From: an uncultured bacterium
GTDB lineage: Bacteria > Zixibacteria > MSB-5A5 > CAIYYT01
DNA: 64,000 nt
Reading direction: 5' to 3'
Assembly (NCBI GenBank): GCA_963726455.1
Contig: CAVSCK010000004.1
Span: 416,001-480,000, forward strand
This document shows positions 56,489 through 64,000 of this stretch, in pieces. The translations under genes were made by a program, and so were the position numbers. The notes below the pieces were generated by a model. It did no database searches. It saw only the letters and a list, made by a program, of their open reading frames with translations, and was not told where the DNA came from. The stretch's first letter is position 1; the number at the start of each line of letters is the position of its first letter.

Positions 56489-57685
56489 ATGGAATCTGTT
56501 GAGTTGACGAAACATATATACTGGGTGGGGGCTGAAGACCCTGATCTGAGGATCTTTGACATAGTCGTAAACACTGAATTTGGAACGACCTACAATTCGT
56601 ACCTGGTTCTCGGTGAGAAGGTTGCTCTTATCGACGCTGTGAAGCAGGAGTTCGAGGAGAAGCTCTTCCGCAAAATCCAGGAGCACGTGCCGATTGATCG
56701 GGTCGACTACCTGATCGTGAATCACACCGAGCCCGACCATTCCGGAGCGATACGTTCACTACTTGCCCTGAATCCCAAGATCCGATTGGTCTGCAGCAAG
56801 CCGGCCGTGCCGTTCCTGCGCAACATCGTCAACGACGACTCAGTCCAGATCGACGGCGTCAAAGGCGGCGACACACTTGATCTCGGCGGGCTCACTCTCG
56901 AATTCATTTCTGCGCCGTTTACGCATTGGCCGGATACGATGTTTACTTTTTGCCGTGAGGAAGAGGTGCTGTTTCCATGTGATGCCTTTGCTGCTCATCT
57001 AGCGCCTCGGGGGTCAATCTTTGCGGAACGGGGAGATGCATTTCATGAGCAGGAGGCATTCCGCTATTACGACGCTATCATGCGGCCATACTCATCATAT
57101 TCTCGCAAAGCAGCGGAAGCTGTCATTAACCGCAATATCCGGATTGTTGCTCCATCGCACGGTCCCATAAGTAAGGATGAACCCAAGCGCATTATCGCGA
57201 AGTATCTGGAATGGACAGCGCCTAAGAGCGACGGCAACGACACTGCGATTCTGGTCGCATATTCCAGTTCATACGGCAATACACGAATCATGGCAGAGGA
57301 GATTGACAAGGCCTTGCGCAATGCCGGAGTCAAGACGTCCCTTGTCGATGTCACGAAAGTTACCGCCGGCCAGTTGCGCGATCACTACGAATCATCAGGG
57401 GCCATCTTGTTCGGAACGCCGACGTTCGTCGGGGATGTCGTCAAACCAATCTGGGATGCAGCACAATTGCTGATGAGTGTTGCCACTACCGGCAAAAAGA
57501 CCGCCGTCTTCGGATCGTATGCCTGGGGAGGGCAGGGGGTCGATATATTGGAGAATTATCTCGAAGGACTCAAACTCAAGGTGCGCAAACCCGGACTTAA
57601 AGCTCGGCTGGTTCCGTCTAAGACCGAACTGGAGGCGTGCCGGCAATTTGCCCTCGATTTCCTCAGTTTTGTCAAGGAGGGGTGA
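56489..57685 (+). CDS. fprA: Flavodiiron protein (A-type flavoprotein)
   Basis: GTTYNSYLV, NHTEPDHSG, HWPDTMFT, APSHGP, YSSSYGNT, FGSYAWGG. Confidence 0.93.
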   Translation: MESVELTKHIYWVGAEDPDLRIFDIVVNTEFGTTYNSYLVLGEKVALIDAVKQEFEEKLFRKIQEHVPIDRVDYLIVNHTEPDHSGAIRSLLALNPKIRLVCSKPAVPFLRNIVNDDSVQIDGVKGGDTLDLGGLTLEFISAPFTHWPDTMFTFCREEEVLFPCDAFAAHLAPRGSIFAERGDAFHEQEAFRYYDAIMRPYSSYSRKAAEAVINRNIRIVAPSHGPISKDEPKRIIAKYLEWTAPKSDGNDTAILVAYSSSYGNTRIMAEEIDKALRNAGVKTSLVDVTKVTAGQLRDHYESSGAILFGTPTFVGDVVKPIWDAAQLLMSVATTGKKTAVFGSYAWGGQGVDILENYLEGLKLKVRKPGLKARLVPSKTELEACRQFALDFLSFVKEG

Positions 57686-57693
57686 GAAAGAAC

Positions 57694-58479
57694 ATGTCCA
57701 AGTTATCAGATGCGCTAAAGGGGCTCGAAACAAACGATCTGAATACGATACTGAAGTCATTGTCGGATATCGAAAGCCAACTGCCGCAGGTCGGGCCGGA
57801 TCAACTGGCAGATATCGTTGGCGCCGTGAATGCACTCTTCTACTGCGACACCTATGAATACCCGCAGTTGCAGCCCGTGGTCGAGCGCGCAGTGGTGACG
57901 CTCTCCGCCGCCGGTGGACGTGTGATACCATATCTGCTCAAATTGCTGGGCGACTCCGACTATAAGGTGGAATTTCAGTACGCGTTAATCTTTGGCAGAT
58001 TGGGCGGGGCGGCGATTTCGCCGCTCCTTGAAGCTTATCGTGCGTCCTCAGATACTGTAGAACGCAGCTTCATTATCTATTCGCTGGGCAAAATCAAGTC
58101 CCCCGACGTCGTGAAAGCGGTTGCTGTGGTTCTGGCTCAACTGGATTCACCGGCGAAGGAAATTCGCGATTCGGCGGCGCGCACGCTTGGCAAGTTCGTC
58201 GAGAACATCTCTCCTGAACAAATGGAAGCTCAGGCCGGACGAGAAATGTTCGAGCGTCTTTCGGCTGCTCTCCGGGACGCTCATTCGGGTGTGCGAGCGA
58301 AGGCCTGCCGCTCGCTTGGCAAGATGTCAAAGCGCGGATTCCTAGACGAGGCAGAAATGGGCCGCCTGGCGAGCGAAATCGACCGGCTCCTGGGCAAAGG
58401 CACGGAATCCTGGGACGATGCCTTTATTGTGCGCAAGGAAGCTATCGAGGTGGAAGGCATTCTCAAACGAAATCTGTAA
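57694..58479 (+). CDS. HEAT-repeat protein
   Basis: AISPLLEA, IIYSLGKI, IRDSAARTLGK and VRAKACRSLGK repeats. ATG at 57694. Confidence 0.78.
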   Translation: MSKLSDALKGLETNDLNTILKSLSDIESQLPQVGPDQLADIVGAVNALFYCDTYEYPQLQPVVERAVVTLSAAGGRVIPYLLKLLGDSDYKVEFQYALIFGRLGGAAISPLLEAYRASSDTVERSFIIYSLGKIKSPDVVKAVAVVLAQLDSPAKEIRDSAARTLGKFVENISPEQMEAQAGREMFERLSAALRDAHSGVRAKACRSLGKMSKRGFLDEAEMGRLASEIDRLLGKGTESWDDAFIVRKEAIEVEGILKRNL

Positions 58480-59036
58480 TCGCTACAGATTTCGTCCCGT
58501 CAAGATTAATCATTTCGGAACCGATAACGTATAAGATGTATATTGGTAGTTGGTTAGCTGCCTGTGTGGCTGCCAAAGGGTAGAGAAATTGCTTGACATA
58601 ATGCGAAAAAATGTTATTGTTCGTTTACTGACGGCGGTTGATGCCGTTGGAATTGACAGTTTTTCCGGGATTTATCTGCTGAGTTATCCATCGACATTGT
58701 CTGTGACGAGGCCTGCTTCCTTAGTGCATCTCAAAGTGTCTAAAAGCTTTGGCCGACATCTGGAAAGCGCTAGTAAATCGGTACAATCTCGGGTGAATCG
58801 TTCACCTCTCTATGGTGCACCAAACGCTTTGATTTCGATTTAAGACTTCCCCTTGACCGCATTGGATTGTCAGCGAACGCGCGGTATATTGCGTCAGCGA
58901 CGCTGGCTATTGCTGTGTGATGGGGAGTCGAAAGGAGCAGGCAGACACCGAGTAGCAGACCTTAAGTAGAAACAGAACAAATGAAGTACGGTGGCCAGGT
59001 GGTTCACCGGTATTTTATCACTTTTTGGAGGACCAA

Positions 59037-59372
59037 ATGAATATCTACGTGGGAAACCTCTCACACGACGCGACTGAAGACGAATTGAAGGCCATCTTTT
59101 CTGAATTCGGTCAGGTCTCAAGAGTATCTATTCTGAAGGACAGACTTAGCGGTGAGCCGCGCGGATTCGGTTTCGTCGAGATGGCGTCAGCGGAAGAGGC
59201 GAAAGCTGCTATTGCCGGCGCCAACGGCAGACAGCTTAAGGGCCAGTCGATCCGCGTTAATGAAGCGCGTCCGCGGGAGGACAACCCAGCCCGTGGTGGT
59301 GGCGGTGGTGGTGGCGATCGCCCGAGACGCCCCGGTGGTGGTGGTGGCGGCGGTGGCCGTCGCGGCTGGTAA
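59037..59372 (+). CDS. RRM RNA-binding protein with Gly/Arg-rich tail
   Basis: MNIYVGNLS (RNP2), RGFGFVEM (RNP1), VNEARPR, GGAGG RBS. Confidence 0.93.
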   Translation: MNIYVGNLSHDATEDELKAIFSEFGQVSRVSILKDRLSGEPRGFGFVEMASAEEAKAAIAGANGRQLKGQSIRVNEARPREDNPARGGGGGGGDRPRRPGGGGGGGGRRGW

Positions 59373-59420
59373 TCCGTAGTATCGAAAACAACCCGCCGTG
59401 ACGGCGGCTGAAAGATACCG

Positions 59421-59458
59421 CGCCGTACCTCAAGGATTGAGGTACGGCGTTTTTATTT
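59421..59458 (+). terminator. Intrinsic terminator
   Basis: 13-bp stem CGCCGTACCTCAA-GGA-TTGAGGTACGGCG followed by TTTTTATTT. Confidence 0.85.
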
Positions 59459-60895
59459 GCGTGAGGAAGCGTGTTCTGCCTGTCGCGAAGTTGGGACAGG
59501 TGAATTTACCAGAGTCCGCTCGAAAGTTACGGCGTCAAGATAGGAGTCGATGTAGAAATAATTCTCCGCGCGAAACGGCGCATAGAACAACAATATCTTC
59601 TCGCAATTGATCTCAGGACAGTGCCTCTGCAGGGGAGTGCCTTGCTCCACGAGATTCCGTGTCAGCACCACCTGTGCTAGCGCGATTGCCTCGGCACTAC
59701 TCAATGTTGCAGCGCGAAATTGCTGCCCGGCATCGCAACTGCCTTCCATGCTGAATCTCGTGACCGAACCGGTGATCCGCTTTACCAGTCGATACATGGC
59801 TTCGAAATTGCCGATTCGAAATGCGGGCACAACCAGAGTATCGGCGTTTTCTCCCCGACTGCGATATCCACTTTCCTGCAATTGGCCCGGCGGAAAAGTC
59901 AACATCCAGAAAGGGAAGAAAGTTTCTTCCGCGATTCCTTTTCCTGCCACGACAGAAATCGTATTACTGATCGCCGGATTCTCTTCAAGCATTTGCACGT
60001 GTTGGCAATTCCGGCACACGTAGGCATATGATTTGTCGTCTGGAAGCTGCTCTCCGCAATTTCGGCACTTGTGCATCTCAATTCCGACGCTCATGTGCTC
60101 AGTCGCATCGTCTTCGCTCTCGCCAAGCGAGCCCGAAATCAGATCGTCTTCACATTCGTACACGACCCGGCCGGTAAGCCCGTCGACGAGCAAGTGGCCG
60201 CCGCCGTCGTCCGAAATCATTTTCACATGCACATAGGGGAAGTATATCAGCGACAGCAGCGGTCTCAGTAATTGTGTGATGTTAGCGCCGAATTCGCCGC
60301 CATCAATACAATTAATCTGCTGAACGGCCTTGGTGGCATTTGTGATCGCGTCTTGCCAGCTTGATTTGACCGGCTGACAGTGAAACCTCTCCTGAAGCAG
60401 CTGTTCGGCGAACGGTACCGTCTTGACAAAATCGACACGTTCTCCCAGATTCCAGGGAATCGCTTTTGAAGGACTTCCGGACGCAATCGTGATATCGTAT
60501 GGCGACAACGTTGTTTCAACCTTGATCTGTTCAGTCGTCGCTTCAGTGTCAGTGGCTTCGTTGAAATAGACTCGCGTATCCTTACGGTGGCGTAGGCGGA
60601 GCAGGATACCATCGATTTTCCAGTAGGGGTAGTAGAACCGGCGAACGACGCTGAGTGAATCGGTCAAATGTTTCTGGTTCAACTTGAGGTGACGGTCAAC
60701 ATGGAAGCGCACGTTGGAGTCGAGTATTTTGGCGCGAACAACATACGCGGGTGGCACATTGGGTAGCGTTATTCGCAATACTGAACTGCAACTTGCGCAG
60801 GTAACCGTGAGGAAGTCCTGCCCCAACTCCAGCGTCGCGCCGCAACCGGGGCAGGTTACTTCAATCTGAAAACCGCCTCTAGCTTTGTCCGGCAT
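59453..60895 (-). CDS. Protein with two zinc-ribbon modules (YdjG-like)
   Basis: CPGCG...CASC and CRNCG...CRNC, each followed by YYPYW or FFPFW motifs. Overlaps the SPFH gene. Confidence 0.7.
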   Translation of the reverse strand: MPDKARGGFQIEVTCPGCGATLELGQDFLTVTCASCSSVLRITLPNVPPAYVVRAKILDSNVRFHVDRHLKLNQKHLTDSLSVVRRFYYPYWKIDGILLRLRHRKDTRVYFNEATDTEATTEQIKVETTLSPYDITIASGSPSKAIPWNLGERVDFVKTVPFAEQLLQERFHCQPVKSSWQDAITNATKAVQQINCIDGGEFGANITQLLRPLLSLIYFPYVHVKMISDDGGGHLLVDGLTGRVVYECEDDLISGSLGESEDDATEHMSVGIEMHKCRNCGEQLPDDKSYAYVCRNCQHVQMLEENPAISNTISVVAGKGIAEETFFPFWMLTFPPGQLQESGYRSRGENADTLVVPAFRIGNFEAMYRLVKRITGSVTRFSMEGSCDAGQQFRAATLSSAEAIALAQVVLTRNLVEQGTPLQRHCPEINCEKILLFYAPFRAENYFYIDSYLDAVTFERTLVNSPVPTSRQAEHASSRK

Positions 60896-62012
60896 CGTCC
60901 CGCTTCACTGCTTTGCCGCACTTGCCGCAGAACTTCGAACCCGGAATAAGCTCCGCCTGGCAATTCGGACAGAGTTCCTTGGCCGCGAGCTTGTGCCCGC
61001 AGAACAGGCAATAGGACGCCTCGGTCGGTAACTCTCGGTGACAGGACGGGCAGATATTCTGCGTAATCATCTGATGTCCGCAGCGATAGCAGTAGCGTGA
61101 CTGTTCTGGCGTGTCGGTGTGGCATTTCGGACAAGTCACCGTTGCCACTGCCGCTTTTCGCAGTTCGTGCTGATCCGGCGCAAAGACCTTATCCAGCATC
61201 GACGGCACCATTACGCCGACTCCGGCGGCCATTCCCAGCATATTACCAGTAGCGCCCGCCACGCCTGAAGATGACAGACCTTTGGCCATCTCGAACTTGA
61301 AGAACTTGTCGATGTCGCCGATGGCGTTCATTCCAGATCGCTGATCGATCAATCTGCCGACTTCGTCCGGTGGCGTAATGGACGAAATGAAGAAGTCTAT
61401 GAGTTCGAGTCCGTATTTCGAAAACTCGACGCCGACTTCCCTTTTGAATTCCTCCGCGAGCTGGGCATATTTACCCGGTAGGTCAAGAATCGAATCCAGT
61501 TTCTCACCCAGCAGATCGTTCAAACGGGCGATAATCACGTCACGAAGATAGTTCTGCACATCATCGGTCGTGTACAGCGCCTGTCTGCCGACTATGGAAT
61601 TGAGAAACAGCAGGGGATGAGTGATCTTGATTGTATACGCCCCGTTGCCGCGCAAGCGTACCAATCCCAACTTGCTGTCCTGGAACGCGACCGGATCCTT
61701 GGTGCCCCATTTCAAATTCGTGAAGACTTTCAGGTTGACGAAGTAAACTTCCGCCCGAAACGGGGAGGTAAACCCAAAGGGGAACGACAGCAATCTGGTC
61801 AGGATCGGAATGTTCAGCGTCGTCAGCGTATGGCGGCCGGTACTGAACGAATCGCAAGCATGGCCATCCTTGAAGAAGATCGCCAACTGGCTATCGCGAA
61901 CTATCAACTGTGCTCCCAGTTTGAAATCAGCCGAACCTTCCTGGGGAAGACGATACAGCATTTCATCGCCGGATGGATCCATCCACTCAATTAGCTCGAT
62001 TAACAGGGACAT
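60879..62012 (-). CDS. SPFH/band-7-like protein with C-terminal double zinc ribbons (YdjI-like)
   Basis: [45 protein letters not shown], repeated CxxC...CxxCG. Confidence 0.87.
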   Translation of the reverse strand: MSLLIELIEWMDPSGDEMLYRLPQEGSADFKLGAQLIVRDSQLAIFFKDGHACDSFSTGRHTLTTLNIPILTRLLSFPFGFTSPFRAEVYFVNLKVFTNLKWGTKDPVAFQDSKLGLVRLRGNGAYTIKITHPLLFLNSIVGRQALYTTDDVQNYLRDVIIARLNDLLGEKLDSILDLPGKYAQLAEEFKREVGVEFSKYGLELIDFFISSITPPDEVGRLIDQRSGMNAIGDIDKFFKFEMAKGLSSSGVAGATGNMLGMAAGVGVMVPSMLDKVFAPDQHELRKAAVATVTCPKCHTDTPEQSRYCYRCGHQMITQNICPSCHRELPTEASYCLFCGHKLAAKELCPNCQAELIPGSKFCGKCGKAVKRDDAGQS

Positions 62013-62030
62013 CTTCACTCCTTGCCGGTT

Positions 62031-62047
62031 AATAGAATTATTCTATT
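62031..62047. promoter_or_regulatory. 8-1-8 palindrome, PerR/Fur-family box-like
   Basis: AATAGAAT-T-ATTCTATT in the divergent SPFH/ferritin intergenic region. Confidence 0.5.
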
Positions 62048-62192
62048 CATCAAATTCGTCAAAGATGGCCTGCCACTTGAACCGCCGCCTGTCGGCCCGA
62101 AGACGCTACCGCCGACAGTATCAAAACCCGCGTATCAGTATCAACAGTGGCCAATTGGTCAGATTGATAAACTATTGCAAGGAGAAGCAGTT

Positions 62193-62687
62193 ATGATGAT
62201 CTCAGAGAATATGGCAGCGCGGCTGAATCAGCAGGTCAAAGAGGAGTTCTTTTCTTACTGGACTTACGTCGCCATGGCGTTCGCTTTTGAAACAATGGGG
62301 CTGAAGGGATTCGCCAAATGGTATTTGCTACAGGCCGACGAGGAGAAGAAACATGCCATGAAGATTGCAGCCTATTTGGTCGATCAGGGAGCTGCCGTCA
62401 AGCTGACAGCGTTGGATGCTCCCAAGAGCAATTATGCATCGGTCAGGGAGATTGCGCAGGAGACGCTCGATCACGAAATCCTGATCACGCGCCTGATCAA
62501 TGATCTTGTCAACGTGGCCAACAAAGAGGGCGATCACGCCACCGCAAGTTTCCTGACCTGGTTTGTCGACGAACAGGTGGAGGAAGTCTCGACATCTCAG
62601 CAGCTACTTGACATGGTCAAATTCGCCGGTGACAAGGTCCAGCTATTGATGATCGAATCTCGGATCTTTGCTTTACGCAAGGAGTGA
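62193..62687 (+). CDS. ftnA: Non-heme ferritin
   Basis: LNQQVKEE, GFAKW, QADEEKKHAMK, HEILIT, FLTWFVDEQVEE. AAGGAG RBS. Confidence 0.92.
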   Translation: MMISENMAARLNQQVKEEFFSYWTYVAMAFAFETMGLKGFAKWYLLQADEEKKHAMKIAAYLVDQGAAVKLTALDAPKSNYASVREIAQETLDHEILITRLINDLVNVANKEGDHATASFLTWFVDEQVEEVSTSQQLLDMVKFAGDKVQLLMIESRIFALRKE

Positions 62688-62701
62688 GCGGGCGGTAAAG
62701 T

Positions 62702-63259
62702 CTAGGTGGCCTGTTTCCGCCGTCGCCAATCCACTAGTGCGAGTGTTATGACTACGCTCGAAAGCAAGGAGAAAAAGATCGCGGCGGAGATTTGCATGAA
62801 TACATTCCACGGCGGACTGATCCGCAGACGTGAATCGGCGACATTGTCGGGATTGTAGTGGACTGTCACTCGTTTCCCCGGCGGATTGGCGGCCACGATT
62901 TTCTGTGCGACATCCATGCGGGCTGACTTGTTGCCGAACCCCGGCACGCCCATATCAGTTGAGCCGGAGTAGATCTGTCCATTTACGTCGTACTGATAGG
63001 TTATCTTTGGTTCATAGGCGAGCTTGCCCACGACCTCCGCGGCGAGCACCTTCCCGGGTACGCCGGGCCAATGTTCGATGGGCAGATACCGCTCTAAGCG
63101 GCGAATCTCCGAATAGCCAAGGATCGCCATGCCGATGAAGACTACTATGCTGATCCATCTGAGCAACGAAGTGACCCGCTGCGTTCTGGCTCGCATGACC
63201 ACCAGCGTTACGATGCTCGTGACGATCAGCAATCCAACCCAGACAAGAACTATCGCCAT
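62702..63259 (-). CDS. Membrane protein, DUF3592-like
   Basis: TM helices, WPGVPGKVL, ITYQYDVNGQIYSG, VTVHYNPDNVADSRL. Confidence 0.75.
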   Translation of the reverse strand: MAIVLVWVGLLIVTSIVTLVVMRARTQRVTSLLRWISIVVFIGMAILGYSEIRRLERYLPIEHWPGVPGKVLAAEVVGKLAYEPKITYQYDVNGQIYSGSTDMGVPGFGNKSARMDVAQKIVAANPPGKRVTVHYNPDNVADSRLRISPPWNVFMQISAAIFFSLLSSVVITLALVDWRRRKQAT

Positions 63260-63421
63260 CGTGAATCCCTAAACTACCTCTATTCTCTGCGCCAGTTTGT
63301 CGGTTTGCTTTGATCTTGTCAACCAGCATTTCCAGTTATGTGCTCTGCCGACAGGCCGTATTTCATAAGGGTTTGACATGTGGCGGTTATTCCATATCTT
63401 GGACGCCGGTAAGTTTGATCG

Positions 63422-64000
63422 ATGATAACAAAGATTCTTATTGCCAATCGGGGCGAAATCGCCGTCCGAATCATCCGCGCCTGTCGCCATCTCGGAATTG
63501 AGAGCGTGGCGGTCTTCTCTGATGCTGACCGCGCTGCCTTGCACGTTCAGATGGCTGATGAGGCCTACCATATCGGGAAATCGCCCGCGACCCAAAGTTA
63601 TCTTGTTGCCGACCGATTGATAGAAGTTGCCCGGAAAGCCGGCGCCGATGCAATTCATCCCGGCTATGGTTTCCTGGCGGAAAATTGGCAATTTGCCAAG
63701 GCCGTCACCGATGCCGGCCTTGTTTTCATTGGCCCGCCGGCGGAGGCAATCCGTTTGCTTGGTGATAAGCTCGAAGCTCGCCAACTGGCAGAGAAGTCAG
63801 GAGTGCCTGTCATTCCCGGTGGAGCCGTTCATCCCGACCAACTCGACTTCGCCAAAGATTTCGCGAAGAAGTGCGGCTACCCGATTTTGGTGAAGGCCGT
63901 CGCCGGTGGTGGTGGCAAAGGTATGCGCGTTGTCACCAACGCCGACGATCTTGGCAAGGCGCTGGCAACTGCCGGCAGTGAAGCCAAATCCGCTTTTGGT
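63422..64000 (+). CDS. accC: Biotin carboxylase subunit of an acyl-CoA carboxylase (3'-truncated; absent from the ORF track)
   Basis: MITKILIANRGEIAVRII, ADEAY, AIHPGYGFLAEN, GDKLEAR, GYPILVKAVAGGGGKGMR. Confidence 0.93.
   Translation, partial: MITKILIANRGEIAVRIIRACRHLGIESVAVFSDADRAALHVQMADEAYHIGKSPATQSYLVADRLIEVARKAGADAIHPGYGFLAENWQFAKAVTDAGLVFIGPPAEAIRLLGDKLEARQLAEKSGVPVIPGGAVHPDQLDFAKDFAKKCGYPILVKAVAGGGGKGMRVVTNADDLGKALATAGSEAKSAFG

Overview
Bacterial chromosomal window. The many C-terminal dockerin-like [28 protein letters not shown] domains suggest an FCB-superphylum organism such as Zixibacteria (inference). The left arm (1-11.2 kb) is core-like: bamD-like (partial), nadD, polA, a TPR protein, coaE, a phosphate porin plus frameshifted pstS with a Pho-box-like repeat, a DUF6600-like lipoprotein, and a PrpD/ComA-like pair. 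The middle (about 11.3-55.5 kb) is an integrase-free accessory region ending at the 3' end of a tRNA-Leu(TAA). It holds six secreted dockerin-tagged proteins (SBBP, FG-GAP, TSP3, cohesin-like domains), an S74-chaperone fibre, and a large proteolytic/partner-switching signalling cluster. That cluster has two signal-peptide TPR-CHAT proteases, CHASE2-PP2C, GAF-PP2C, a Ser/Thr kinase-TPR, an RsbW-like kinase, two STAS proteins, one intact and one decayed ECF sigma, two anti-sigmas and two PrsW proteases. It also contains an operon encoding a membrane-anchored protein of 45 gap-free 9-aa repeats, a HExxH peptidase/propeller/barrel outer-membrane protein and PrsW. An ECF-type promoter motif (AACT-N15-TGTA-N-TT) occurs with identical spacing in front of five of these genes, suggesting one regulon; this is the best candidate for an undescribed system. 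The right arm has a cohesin lipoprotein, fprA, a HEAT protein, an RRM protein, SPFH/zinc-ribbon genes, ferritin, a DUF3592-like gene and partial accC. Several frameshifts in the first 20 kb may be sequencing errors. All family assignments come from motif recognition by eye, not from database searches.
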